From the sequence record OL739525.1: a stretch of 64,000 bases of DNA. One strand, 5' to 3'. Position numbers and translations under genes: made by a program. The notes under the pieces were generated by a model that saw only the letters and a list, made by a program, of their open reading frames with translations, was not told the DNA's origin and did no database searches. This DNA is from Escherichia phage dw-ec. Shown one piece after another: positions 1-9,148 of the stretch; positions within the stretch are counted from its first letter, which is position 1, and every line of letters begins with the position of its first letter.

Positions 1-211
1 AGGTTAAACACCCAAGCAGACGCCGCAATATCAGCACCAACAGAAACACAAAGACACCGACAACTTTCTTGTCACGGTAGGCGATGATCTGGCTAAACAC
101 CCAAATCTGAAACTGAACGAAGTACAATGAATGTAGACAAGAAAGTTGTCGGTGTCTTTGTGACTTGCCTGTCGCTGCTGATCTTGCGGCGTCTGCTTGG
201 GTGTTTAACCT
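1..211. repeat. large imperfect palindrome (arms about 75 bp, spacer about 62 nt)
   Basis: 1-28 is the exact reverse complement of 184-211; 49-73 is the exact reverse complement of 136-160; arms diverge at 29-48 vs 161-183. Confidence 0.8.
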
Positions 212-376
212 AGCATCTTCTCTTAAACGTAAATAAAATCAGAAAATTCTTGATTTATTCTGGTTTTTATGTTAATAAACGTTTAAATAATAATCATTCT
301 CATATGAATAATAGTCCGTCTGTCATGAGCGGCATTAGTTGACATTGTTCCGTCATATGATGAAGTTGCCAAACCA

Positions 377-407
377 TTGATAAATAAGCGTTTGTGTGAT
401 TTATAAT
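377..407 (+). promoter_or_regulatory. sigma70-like promoter (TTGATA, 18-19 bp spacer, TATAAT)
   Basis: TTGATA at 377-382, TATAAT at 402-407. Confidence 0.4.
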
Positions 408-558
408 CAAGTGGCCCACCTTGTCGCTATGTTGGCATAAGCCTTGCATAAGTCATTGAATACGAATGATAATTATTCTCATTCGCATGATATTTGGGAA
501 TTGTCGCTGCGTGGACCTGACGGCCCGAAAATTCGCGTTAAGCACTTCTTACGTATGC

Positions 559-801
559 GCCATGATTTTTGCCATATCATATTGATTCTATTAGATATTC
601 TTGCCATGATTGCCATGAAACAGGGTGTCCCGAAATAATCTCTCCCCGTAGATATTTTGGGTTACTTTTTATACAAGAATGGGGTGTCAAAAATAATCGG
701 TATATATAGGATAATTGATAGGAATCCCCTATGATAATTCGATTGTAATTCCTTAAGATTGATCGTATGATGTTGGTGATTGATGATTGCCATGAAAGAT
801 G
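559..801. repeat. direct repeats in non-coding leader
   Basis: ttgccatgaaaca at 610-622 vs ttgccatgaaaga at 786-798; gggtgtcccgaaataatc at 623-640 vs ggggtgtcaaaaataatc at 681-698. Confidence 0.5.
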
Positions 802-824
802 GCTAACGATGAGAGGAGATTATC

Positions 825-1169
825 ATGCAAGAGAGTAAAAATGTTCCGTTGAGTAGTTTACGTCTAATGAAGTTTTACAAAGCTTGGCTTGCTGGTGAGG
901 TAGAAGGTCACACAACGAGTGGTTTGTGCATATGTTTGATTAAGTATGTAGAGGGAACATACCCTGATGAACTGTTACCTCGTCTACAACAGGAGATGAA
1001 ATCACAGTTTATTAGTGCAGGACTAGATTACAATTTCCCGTTTAATGAAGGTGGTTATGAGGAATACACCTTCGAACATAAAAAACATATTTGCCATAAA
1101 AACAAACATCGTATACAATGGGTGCTAGATAGAATTCAGGATTACGAAGGAGAGAAAAATGACAAATAA
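825..1169 (+). CDS. hypothetical protein, paralog family A member 1
   Basis: RBS gagaggag before ATG; shared motifs FYKxWL, GLCxCL, PFN, CHxN..RIQWVxDRI. Confidence 0.65.
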   Translation: MQESKNVPLSSLRLMKFYKAWLAGEVEGHTTSGLCICLIKYVEGTYPDELLPRLQQEMKSQFISAGLDYNFPFNEGGYEEYTFEHKKHICHKNKHRIQWVLDRIQDYEGEKNDK

Positions 1170-1557
1170 TATTCCGTTGAGTAGTGCAGAATTGATTCGA
1201 TTCTACAAAGCATGGATGGCTGATCACTTCAGCATGGATCGCACGAAGAATGGTCTGTGCACTTGTCTTGTAAATTTCCTAGCTTCAACACTGCAACCTG
1301 AAAACCCGACAGAGGATCAATGGATAACCTACTTAAAGATACGTAATAAGATTGTAAGAGAGATGAAATCTCAATTTCTTTGTGCTAACCTGTCTTATGT
1401 CTTTCCATTTAATATGGGCTTCCAAGATTATGAAAATGAAGTCAAACACAAAAGGTGTCATGAAAACCCACTCCGTGTGCAATGGGTTAAGGACAGAATT
1501 GAAGATTGTTTGAATAATTATGAGGATGTGTTATGCGAACAAAACAAATCTCGTTAA
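1159..1557 (+). CDS. hypothetical protein, paralog family A member 2
   Basis: family A motifs (FYKAWM, GLCTCL, PFN, CHEN..RVQWVKDRI); start overlaps upstream stop. Confidence 0.65.
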   Translation: MTNNIPLSSAELIRFYKAWMADHFSMDRTKNGLCTCLVNFLASTLQPENPTEDQWITYLKIRNKIVREMKSQFLCANLSYVFPFNMGFQDYENEVKHKRCHENPLRVQWVKDRIEDCLNNYEDVLCEQNKSR

Positions 1558-1898
1558 GTAGTACAATGTTGTTGATGTTTTATAAAAGGTGGTTGGAAGG
1601 AGATACTTCCCTTAATCGCACAGAGCACGGGTTGTGTTTATGTATTAATCATTTTGTGCGAAGTCATTATGCAAAGGATGTGCACAGTCCTAGATGGTAT
1701 GATGACATGGTGAACAGTTTGTTATATGAAATGCGTAAGCAATTTGAGGAAGCTGATCTTAGTGCTATTAATCCATTTAACAAAGCATATGCAGATTACT
1801 TCCTTGAAGTTGAGAACAAAATGTGTCATCTGAATCCGCTTCGCATTCAGTGGGTGAAAGATCGCATTGAAGATGCAAATAATGCTTGCATTGAATAA
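1533..1898 (+). CDS. hypothetical protein, paralog family A member 3
   Basis: family A motifs (FYKRWL, GLCLCI, PFN, CHLN..RIQWVKDRI). Confidence 0.65.
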   Translation: MRTKQISLSSTMLLMFYKRWLEGDTSLNRTEHGLCLCINHFVRSHYAKDVHSPRWYDDMVNSLLYEMRKQFEEADLSAINPFNKAYADYFLEVENKMCHLNPLRIQWVKDRIEDANNACIE

Positions 1899-1957
1899 AA
1901 ATGTCTGTATAGTGGTTTGCATACCGCGCATAACAGATAGCCAATGAGGAGATTGAA

Positions 1958-2167
1958 ATGTCAAATATGAAAACTGTATCCTTGTATTTAGCTAACACTG
2001 ATCGTGTGCACACCCTTGCTAATGCAAGTCGTGTACTCGTGCAGTTCCGAAACTTCGCACCGTCCGTTGTGACAGGCAGTGAAACGTGTGTGATCGATTT
2101 CATCAATGAATATTTCCACGGGAATCCTGTTGCTCGTCACTTCGTGGAGAATATGAAAGATGCATAA
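1958..2167 (+). CDS. hypothetical protein
   Basis: ORF with RBS (ggagattgaaATG), dominant strand. Confidence 0.45.
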   Translation: MSNMKTVSLYLANTDRVHTLANASRVLVQFRNFAPSVVTGSETCVIDFINEYFHGNPVARHFVENMKDA

Positions 2168-2390
2168 CATGAAACGTATGAAAATTCGTATTGAGAATGA
2201 TGGTGGTTATAAAGGATTGGCACATGCAAAATTTCCACTTGTGTTGGAAGCTACAGTGGAATACAGTGGGCTTGCTCATGTGCGATTCTCGAAGATGATG
2301 GAAGTGCAGGAGTGGTTTTGGGACGAGATAGATGCACGAGAAGGGGAAGATTATGTTTTCTTTCCTCACGAATATGAAATTGTCTATTAA
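2160..2390 (+). CDS. hypothetical protein, paralog pair B
   Basis: shares MKIR start, EWF and DYVFF motifs with 6876..7097. Confidence 0.5.
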   Translation: MHNMKRMKIRIENDGGYKGLAHAKFPLVLEATVEYSGLAHVRFSKMMEVQEWFWDEIDAREGEDYVFFPHEYEIVY

Positions 2391-2393
2391 AGG

Positions 2394-2627
2394 TTGTGTG
2401 CAATGATCACACCACAACAGAACGAAGCAGCAATGGATCTTCTTGACAGTTTGTATTTCGATAATTGGTACTCTGAATGTGAATGGATGAATGTGCAAAC
2501 TCTGAAAGAGAAGACGGAAGCGTTGATTACAGTAGATCAATTTCTTGCAGAGACAGAAAGAATGAATTATGATATGGCATCTCGCGCACGACGCGTTTCC
2601 ATTTTCAATAAAATGTTAGCATTATAG
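2394..2627 (+). CDS. hypothetical protein
   Basis: ORF on dominant strand, tight spacing. Confidence 0.4.
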   Translation: MCAMITPQQNEAAMDLLDSLYFDNWYSECEWMNVQTLKEKTEALITVDQFLAETERMNYDMASRARRVSIFNKMLAL

Positions 2628-2638
2628 GGAGGTAGAAA

Positions 2639-3100
2639 ATGAGACAATTCACTATACTGGCAGCTTATGTGCAATGTGTTCACGATTATGTTAGTGCTCA
2701 TACAGGTTTGCTGGAAGTTACCAGTAAAATTGAAGGTAATATGGGTACTGTCTGTGTGCAACATACTTTATCCAATGTGCCGTTTAAAGTGTTCACTGTT
2801 GTAGCTGCCGATTACAATCGTGTAGATGTGCGTTTCTTGGATCATAATTTTCGTAACGCATTAGATAATATTGAAGATTATCTTCCCGTGAAACCTTTGT
2901 CATTTCCACCGAGTCGTGCAAATAATGTAGCGACAAACCTTAATGAAAGGAATGTGGCTATGCACAAAAAAGTCCGTCAACTGAAAACGCTGATGGAAAT
3001 GCAAGAAGAGATTGAAAAAGAACTGAAAGAAGATTTTGGTATGCTTCCAAAAGACGCTTTGAAATGGTATGATGAACTAGGAGGAGAAAGTTATGAATAA
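2639..3100 (+). CDS. hypothetical protein
   Basis: ORF with RBS gggaggtagaaaATG. Confidence 0.5.
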   Translation: MRQFTILAAYVQCVHDYVSAHTGLLEVTSKIEGNMGTVCVQHTLSNVPFKVFTVVAADYNRVDVRFLDHNFRNALDNIEDYLPVKPLSFPPSRANNVATNLNERNVAMHKKVRQLKTLMEMQEEIEKELKEDFGMLPKDALKWYDELGGESYE

Positions 3101-3287
3101 AGAAACTACTGTATATTTAGTGACTAAGAACACCCCAGGTTGGAGCCAATGCAGCACTGTTCCTTACAAGATCTGTGCAACACTGGAATTAGCACAACGT
3201 GCAGAAGCAGAAGTTGATGCTATGCGATACAGCTACGGTGAAATCATTCCTTTTACTCTTGAACAAGAAGGAGCACATCGTGTTTAA
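3093..3287 (+). CDS. hypothetical protein
   Basis: ORF with RBS ggaggag; overlaps upstream stop. Confidence 0.45.
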   Translation: MNKETTVYLVTKNTPGWSQCSTVPYKICATLELAQRAEAEVDAMRYSYGEIIPFTLEQEGAHRV

Positions 3288-3735
3288 AGTAGGGTTTACT
3301 TATAAATTCAAAAGTGTTGCTGACCAAGGAGCTATGGCAACACAGGACAAAGCAAATATTGCTGTTTGCCAAGCGATTGGAAACGAAGTTTTCAAAGTTA
3401 TGAATACAGATGATAAGTATGGTCATGTTCTTGAGTTTTATACCAATGGTACCCTTTATACAGCAGGTGTTACCCCAGGGTTTAATTCGTATACTTATTT
3501 GATTGATAACGAAGAATTTAAATATTTTGAAGAAGTAAAGGAGGAAACAATGGGTAAAGCAGAACCACAATGGCATGTTGTGATCGTAGGATCAGAGTGT
3601 GTAGATGTTTGTTCTAGTTTTGAAAAAGCTTCTGAAGTCGCTACAAAAGCTAAGAAGGATTATCCGTCGAAGACGGTTGAGATTTACGCTCGTGTTGCAG
3701 TAGCAAACGCCACAATCACTATTGATAAGGAGTAA
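3280..3735 (+). CDS. hypothetical protein, tandem paralog family C member 1
   Basis: probable GTG start at 3280 after RBS gaaggag (the track ORF 3199..3735 starts upstream in the same frame); N-terminus MFKVGFTYKFKS resembles the next two genes. Confidence 0.45.
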   Translation: MFKVGFTYKFKSVADQGAMATQDKANIAVCQAIGNEVFKVMNTDDKYGHVLEFYTNGTLYTAGVTPGFNSYTYLIDNEEFKYFEEVKEETMGKAEPQWHVVIVGSECVDVCSSFEKASEVATKAKKDYPSKTVEIYARVAVANATITIDKE

Positions 3736-3740
3736 AGCCA

Positions 3741-4196
3741 ATGTTCAAAGAAGGTCATGTCTACCGTTTCCAGGATGAAGATTATATGCAATTATATTCT
3801 ACCTTTGATAACAGTATGGCTGCTATCATTGGAGAGAATTTTTTCGAGGTGTTGAGCACTGATGCAAATGGTAATATCTTGTCAATTGTTGTGATAGGGA
3901 GAGACGGTATTATCACTGCTAGTGATGGGGATCGTTACATAATCAATTCTGCTCATATAGATTATTTTGTTGACGGTGGTATTCGTGGTAGTCGTGGAAA
4001 ACCCCAAGAAGAACCTGTTGATACAACAAAAGAAGAGTGGTATGTTGTAATGACTGATGACACCTGTATTTCTGGATTTGAAAGTTATGAAGAAGCTTTG
4101 AAAGAAGCAGCAGAGCATAAAATGGCTAATCCTACAGAAGAGGTTGAAGTTTATAAACGTTTGGTTGTTGCTACCATCGGCGTATCTTTTGTTTAA
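3741..4196 (+). CDS. hypothetical protein, tandem paralog family C member 2
   Basis: N-terminus MFKEGHVYRF and C-terminal WYVV..VEVYKRLVVA resemble neighbours. Confidence 0.5.
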   Translation: MFKEGHVYRFQDEDYMQLYSTFDNSMAAIIGENFFEVLSTDANGNILSIVVIGRDGIITASDGDRYIINSAHIDYFVDGGIRGSRGKPQEEPVDTTKEEWYVVMTDDTCISGFESYEEALKEAAEHKMANPTEEVEVYKRLVVATIGVSFV

Positions 4197-4208
4197 AAGG
4201 GGAATGTT

Positions 4209-4646
4209 ATGTTTAAAGTTAATGCTGTTTACTGTTTCAAAAGTAAAGCTGCCTGTGAAGCTTTCTCTATGATCTCTGATGAAAATTTCAAAATGGCAGC
4301 TTTGATTGAAGGGTCTTGTTTCCGCGTCGAAAATGTTAGTGAATCGGGGTCTGTTTGCTCATTGACTTTATTGGACAGTGGAGATATTATTGAAGCTGGA
4401 CAGTATCCGTTCAGGAGTTGGGAGATATTGTTAGCTCGCGGAGAGCGTAACTTTTTTATGTGCGTGTCTGCGGGGGAAGCTGTGAAAGAAACTAAGGATG
4501 TTTCTGTTTACAATTCTGAATTTATAAGTTATAGTGAGTATCAACATCTGGAAGGCATTGTTGGTCACTTGTTATCTCTGATTGACATTGAATGTGACCT
4601 GCCTGAATCATTGAAAGAAGAGTTGAAAGCATTAGATCTGCTGTAA
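4209..4646 (+). CDS. hypothetical protein, tandem paralog family C member 3
   Basis: N-terminus MFKVNAVYCFKS resembles 3280 and 3741 genes. Confidence 0.5.
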   Translation: MFKVNAVYCFKSKAACEAFSMISDENFKMAALIEGSCFRVENVSESGSVCSLTLLDSGDIIEAGQYPFRSWEILLARGERNFFMCVSAGEAVKETKDVSVYNSEFISYSEYQHLEGIVGHLLSLIDIECDLPESLKEELKALDLL

Positions 4647-4673
4647 TGTTTCGCACAACGAAAGGAGAATAAG

Positions 4674-4973
4674 ATGAATCTGACCGAACAGTTACGCCGT
4701 ATTGCAAAAGAAGCTTCCTTCAACTTCCCTGTTGAAGAAGTGATCGAGACATGTTTTGCTGAAGCACGAGCGGGAAACTCTTCAAGAAATTTCACGCCAT
4801 CCGATTTTGGTCTGAATAATTCTCCCACCCACCCAGAGCAGATCTACAATCAGGTGAAGTGGATGGATGAAGCAGTAGCAATTCTTCGTGAGCGTGGGCT
4901 TATTGTTTATAAAGAAATGGATCTGAACGGGGCATACGAGTGGATCACTATTGATTGGTCCGAGGTGAAATAA
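4674..4973 (+). CDS. hypothetical protein
   Basis: ORF with RBS aaaggagaataagATG. Confidence 0.5.
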   Translation: MNLTEQLRRIAKEASFNFPVEEVIETCFAEARAGNSSRNFTPSDFGLNNSPTHPEQIYNQVKWMDEAVAILRERGLIVYKEMDLNGAYEWITIDWSEVK

Positions 4974-5206
4974 TGAAAGGTAACAAGATGAAAGTTAATC
5001 AAGTGCCGAGCGCATACACTTTGTGGCTTGCGCGAGCATTACACCAGACGATCAAAAACCCTAAGAAGCCAATGAAGAGCGGGAAGAAGTTTATGTCTAA
5101 GGGCAAAACAACCTTTGGCTTCACTCGTATGTCTGTCAAGATGAAAAGGCTGGGGTACAAGCCAAACTACGCTCGTTACCCTTCTGAATACAACTGGTTT
5201 GACTAA
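4973..5206 (+). CDS. hypothetical basic protein
   Basis: ATG at 4973 after RBS gaggtg, overlapping upstream stop (TAATG); Lys/Arg-rich. Confidence 0.4.
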   Translation: MKGNKMKVNQVPSAYTLWLARALHQTIKNPKKPMKSGKKFMSKGKTTFGFTRMSVKMKRLGYKPNYARYPSEYNWFD

Positions 5207-5218
5207 AAGGAAAAAGCA

Positions 5219-5692
5219 ATGGCAGGTTTGAAACTGGAGATGTTGACAAAGCAAGAATTTGTTCCCGAACACGGTGAAACTTACATTGCTTTCTTGATTA
5301 GTGATTTTTATGGGGATTTAGAGTATGTTGAACTGGAGTGTGAGTTTCACTACCAAATGATCGACGCAGAAACTGGTTATTGTCTGGGTACGTCTGCGGT
5401 GTATAATGGTGATAATGGCATTCCTTTTCATACCCCAATGAGGTACGAAGCGAAAAACCGATTCAAACTTCTCACAGAAGAAGAAAAAGAGACATATAAA
5501 TATCACGAAGAGGAGGATCAACGCTTCTGGTGGGAGAAAACTTGGTTCCTGTCTGATCGCCGTAATCTTCAGATTCACCCAGAAGAACTGGATGAAATGT
5601 CTATTGGCATTATGAAGAAGAAAGACTTCATGTTCCAGGTGAGAGAAGCTAATAAGCTCCGTATTGCAATTAAAGAGGAGAACAAAATATGA
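5219..5692 (+). CDS. hypothetical protein
   Basis: ORF with RBS aaaggaaaaagcaATG. Confidence 0.5.
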   Translation: MAGLKLEMLTKQEFVPEHGETYIAFLISDFYGDLEYVELECEFHYQMIDAETGYCLGTSAVYNGDNGIPFHTPMRYEAKNRFKLLTEEEKETYKYHEEEDQRFWWEKTWFLSDRRNLQIHPEELDEMSIGIMKKKDFMFQVREANKLRIAIKEENKI

Positions 5693-5973
5693 AAACATCT
5701 ATTCGCGTAAAACATGATCCAAACAGCAGTTACCCATACGCGGATGTTGAACGTCATGAAGGAGACTATTACACCATAAAACGTAAAGTCCCAACTGATA
5801 CAGGGTTTAACTTTGATGTTATTGCGCTGGATGATCAAGGTGTTGATAATCTGGTGAACGCATTACTCGCATTGAAGGAAGTACGACATGAAAATCAGAC
5901 TAAAGGTAAAGTGGCTTTCGATTCTTGTGATCGTTTAGCCGAAGAGATTGCCGAATGGCGTGACACTAACTAA
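5689..5973 (+). CDS. hypothetical protein
   Basis: ORF with RBS aaagaggagaacaaaatATG. Confidence 0.5.
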   Translation: MKTSIRVKHDPNSSYPYADVERHEGDYYTIKRKVPTDTGFNFDVIALDDQGVDNLVNALLALKEVRHENQTKGKVAFDSCDRLAEEIAEWRDTN

Positions 5974-5988
5974 AACAGGAGAAAGATT

Positions 5989-6165
5989 ATGGCTACTTTT
6001 CAACAACTGAAAGATGTTTCACGTTTAGTAAGAAAAATCCGAGAAGCAGACGCTGCTGTGCGGAATGCACTAACGCCAGCAGAGCGTGAAGATCTTGAAG
6101 AGGAGGTGAAAACAGCCGAGAATGCTTTTGCTGTGTATCTTGCAACACTGCATACAGGAGGTTAA
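5989..6165 (+). CDS. hypothetical small protein (58 aa)
   Basis: unlisted short ORF with RBS acaggagaaagattATG filling an intergenic gap. Confidence 0.3.
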   Translation: MATFQQLKDVSRLVRKIREADAAVRNALTPAEREDLEEEVKTAENAFAVYLATLHTGG

Positions 6166-6471
6166 ATGTCAGAAGAACTTAAAGAATTTTATCAAGCATA
6201 TCATAACTGGCTGTTAGCTGGTGCTCCAGATAATAATCCTTTCTGGCATGATAAAGGATTATGTAGTTGCCTCTACCTTTGGACTGGAGGTTATGATGAT
6301 CTAAATTATGAAATGCAAATGCAATTCCGTGAGGCAGGATTGTCTGAAGAATACCCGTTTGATGACGGAGACTGGTTTAAATATGATTTTGCACAAAGAA
6401 ACGGGCTATTGCATTTGAATGCTGCCCGTATAAAATGGGTAAAAGACCATGCTACACAGGAGGATGTGTAA
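6166..6471 (+). CDS. hypothetical protein, paralog family A member 4
   Basis: family A motifs (FYQAYHNWL, GLCSCL, PFD, LHLN..RIKWVKD). Confidence 0.6.
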   Translation: MSEELKEFYQAYHNWLLAGAPDNNPFWHDKGLCSCLYLWTGGYDDLNYEMQMQFREAGLSEEYPFDDGDWFKYDFAQRNGLLHLNAARIKWVKDHATQEDV

Positions 6472-6671
6472 TGCCAATAGTGTTTAGTTTCTTAGTAATT
6501 GTTATGGTTGTTCTTTTCGCGGCATGGCTTTGGGATTTTGACCCAGGAGCAGCGCAGCAAAGAGCTACAGACTGGAAAGAACAATGTATTGTGCTCAAAC
6601 ATGAACGAAATGCGGAGAAATTTCTTGACCTAGAGTGTGATCGCCTTGTAAGATACAAGCAAGATAAATAA
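6471..6671 (+). CDS. hypothetical membrane protein
   Basis: ATG overlapping upstream stop; hydrophobic N-terminus PIVFSFLVIVMVVLFAAWLW. Confidence 0.4.
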   Translation: MPIVFSFLVIVMVVLFAAWLWDFDPGAAQQRATDWKEQCIVLKHERNAEKFLDLECDRLVRYKQDK

Positions 6672-6685
6672 CCTTGAGGTGCAAA

Positions 6686-6874
6686 ATGGTAATTGAGATT
6701 AAACTTGAATATGCTGGGGCTGTTGCTCTGATCGCACAAACGCTTGGAGCAAAGATTGAAGAAGTGTATATCAATGCCTGGAGCGTAGAGATTGATGTTC
6801 CTATGGACAGCATTGCTAATCGCTTGTTGGTGGCAGAGTGTGAACGCACCAACATAATCTACAAAGGAGCATAA
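6686..6874 (+). CDS. hypothetical protein
   Basis: RBS gaggtg then ATG at 6686. Confidence 0.4.
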   Translation: MVIEIKLEYAGAVALIAQTLGAKIEEVYINAWSVEIDVPMDSIANRLLVAECERTNIIYKGA

Positions 6875-6875
6875 T

Positions 6876-7097
6876 ATGAAAATTAGAGTTTGCGATGTAT
6901 TGGGTTATGTTGGTTTTGAGAATGTTCAGATTCCTTTTGTTGTTGAAGCACATCTTGTTAGCGATGACATGACAACATTCTTTGTTACGATAGAAGAAAT
7001 GTCCAAAGTTGAGGGATGGGAGTGGTTTGAAGAAGATGTTTGGGAAGGTTGTGATTACGTATTTTTCTCTGATGAAGTGAATGTTCTTTCGGAGTAG
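6876..7097 (+). CDS. hypothetical protein, paralog pair B
   Basis: MKIR start, EWF and DYVFF motifs shared with 2160..2390. Confidence 0.5.
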   Translation: MKIRVCDVLGYVGFENVQIPFVVEAHLVSDDMTTFFVTIEEMSKVEGWEWFEEDVWEGCDYVFFSDEVNVLSE

Positions 7098-7099
7098 GT

Positions 7100-7306
7100 A
7101 TGTCTTGTTTTACAAAAGCAGTGTCCATATGTAAGAAACAGTATGAAAGTGATTACGGAATATTTAATATTCCAGTGGATCATACGGAGTATTGTTCATG
7201 TGGTGGCAGAATGAAGAAAACAGTGATTTATGCGGATAATGGAGATGAACTTGTTCCGGTTATGGTTTGCAAAGCTTGTCATTCTGTTAAAACATTAAAA
7301 GCGTAA
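7100..7306 (+). CDS. hypothetical protein with 4-Cys zinc-ribbon-like motif
   Basis: CSCGG ... CKAC cysteine pairs. Confidence 0.4.
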   Translation: MSCFTKAVSICKKQYESDYGIFNIPVDHTEYCSCGGRMKKTVIYADNGDELVPVMVCKACHSVKTLKA

Positions 7307-7401
7307 GGAGTCGGGACACCCGACGATTGGAGCTAAAAATTTTGCGTACAACCCTTTCCGCCCAACAGGGGCGCGTCGGGTAAATAAAGAGGAGAGTTTA
7401 T

Positions 7402-7800
7402 ATGAAAAAGATCATCGTAGGTTTATTGTTACTCATTGCATCACTCGGAACAGCAAATGCGTCTCAAGTTTATGAGTGTGTGTCAGATGTGGTTGTTAAA
7501 AATCTGAAAGGTGAAGTGATTTCTGGTCCTAAGAAAATGGCTTCTGTTGTCATTAATAAAGATAACTCCTTTATCCTTAAAAATTCAGGTGGTGCTTTGA
7601 TGAGTGGCATTCTGCAACACACAGGAGAAAAAAGTAAAGATGGTAGTGCTATGTATGGTTCACAACAGTTTATTGGCACTACTGAAGTAGTAATGATGCG
7701 CACAGAGTATCGAGACACTTTAGCTTGGTTTGCATTTCTAAAAAATGATAAAACAATAACGAATGTTCTTACTCTAGAAGCTGATTGTACGCAACGATAA
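7402..7800 (+). CDS. hypothetical secreted protein
   Basis: RBS agaggagag; N-terminal signal peptide KKIIVGLLLLIASLGTANA. Confidence 0.55.
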   Translation: MKKIIVGLLLLIASLGTANASQVYECVSDVVVKNLKGEVISGPKKMASVVINKDNSFILKNSGGALMSGILQHTGEKSKDGSAMYGSQQFIGTTEVVMMRTEYRDTLAWFAFLKNDKTITNVLTLEADCTQR

Positions 7801-7810
7801 GGTGGTATTT

Positions 7811-8257
7811 ATGACTAAAGTGCGACATTACGCTGTAAACTGCAACGATGTTTGGCGTTTGTGTCCTGATGATCCGACAGAAGGCACATTTGTAAGATAT
7901 GAGGATTATAAAGAGTTATCGGATGCTGTGATCGCATTGTTAACCGATATCCGTTCACGTTATCCAGGACAAGATTTCACTTGCCCTCACATCAAACTTC
8001 TTGCTTGTCTGGTAGAAGGTGAGAAAGAAGTGGAAGATGGCTTCAAGCGTGTAGAGTATCAAGGTGAAACTTTAGATGTTCCTGAATTTGTTAATTATAT
8101 TGCAACAGACTCGGATGGTGATCGTTATGGTTACAGCCATAAGCCAGAGATTCCTGATTGGATTCCCGCTTGGCGTATTTCCGTTAGTACCGGAGACTAT
8201 ATCTTCCTTGGCGTAGGTAGTAGTAAGGATTGGCGTTTCTCTTTGACAGAGGTTTAA
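7811..8257 (+). CDS. hypothetical protein
   Basis: ATG at 7811 after RBS aaggtgg. Confidence 0.45.
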   Translation: MTKVRHYAVNCNDVWRLCPDDPTEGTFVRYEDYKELSDAVIALLTDIRSRYPGQDFTCPHIKLLACLVEGEKEVEDGFKRVEYQGETLDVPEFVNYIATDSDGDRYGYSHKPEIPDWIPAWRISVSTGDYIFLGVGSSKDWRFSLTEV

Positions 8258-8261
8258 TAAT

Positions 8262-8525
8262 ATGAAAGAGACATTGCCAGCAGCATACCGTTTGAATGAT
8301 GAACGTATTTGGGAGTGGACCGACGTTTCTTGTTTTTACCCTGAAATAGTTCAATATTGGCGAGCAAAAGGGTGTGTTGTAGTTATCAACCCTTGTGGAC
8401 CAGTAGATGAAGATTGTTTGTATCTCAATGGAAAGTGGCACAGTTATTGTCGCTGGCCTTTTGAGTGGATGTGTAAAGAAGATCTCCCAGAGGGTTGGGA
8501 GTATCCGAAAGCAAATAGGAGATAA
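8262..8525 (+). CDS. hypothetical Cys-rich protein
   Basis: ORF on dominant strand. Confidence 0.4.
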   Translation: MKETLPAAYRLNDERIWEWTDVSCFYPEIVQYWRAKGCVVVINPCGPVDEDCLYLNGKWHSYCRWPFEWMCKEDLPEGWEYPKANRR

Positions 8526-8526
8526 T

Positions 8527-8889
8527 ATGTCTAAAGATTTTGTTGAAGTGTTTGTCAAAGACGAAGAAACTGGTTTAGGCACAGGTTTCATTTGCGAAGA
8601 AACTTTTAAGCGTGAACAAGAAAAAGCTATTCTTATGCACCGCTATGATCATGCATTAGAACAATGGAAAAATGCAGAACAAAAATGCAAAAACCTTTAC
8701 GCAGAAAATAGAAAACTACAAGATCAAATGGAGTTGTTAGCTATCAGTTTACGATCTCTCATTTTGGCTGTAGAAGATGGTTTTAAAAATCCAGATGGTT
8801 TTCCTGTGAGCGATATTGAACATGATTTGTATCTTGCTCGTGGTGCTTACTTTTATGTTAAACAGAAGCCTGTAGAAGGAGAGAAATGA
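8527..8889 (+). CDS. hypothetical protein
   Basis: ATG at 8527 after RBS aataggagataat; in frame with track ORF 8407..8889. Confidence 0.45.
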   Translation: MSKDFVEVFVKDEETGLGTGFICEETFKREQEKAILMHRYDHALEQWKNAEQKCKNLYAENRKLQDQMELLAISLRSLILAVEDGFKNPDGFPVSDIEHDLYLARGAYFYVKQKPVEGEK

Positions 8890-9086
8890 TGGAAGAAAAA
8901 CTGGAACGTATTATCGAGTTAGCCATGTCTATTGGCTACGACGATTGTTTTCTCCAAACTATTGGAGAAACACAGGACGATTACGACTCTTGGGTGAAAG
9001 AGTTGGAAGAACTCAAAACTTCCTTGATTGCTGACTTTGCTGAAGCAGAGGATAAAGCAGATCGTTACAACTATCTGTGTCGATAA
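8886..9086 (+). CDS. hypothetical protein
   Basis: ORF with RBS gaaggagag. Confidence 0.45.
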   Translation: MMEEKLERIIELAMSIGYDDCFLQTIGETQDDYDSWVKELEELKTSLIADFAEAEDKADRYNYLCR

Positions 9087-9089
9087 GCC

Positions 9090-9118
9090 TTGACATTTAT
9101 TTTATGTATGGTATACAT
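9090..9118 (+). promoter_or_regulatory. sigma70-like promoter
   Basis: TTGACA at 9090-9095, TATACA about 16 bp downstream. Confidence 0.45.
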
Positions 9119-9148
9119 ACATTATCAACGTGAGAAAGGTGGTGTAAT

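Noticed and set aside
444-638. 64-aa plus-strand ORF in the leader
   Set aside because: No RBS, overlaps the direct repeats and sits in an otherwise non-coding regulatory leader.
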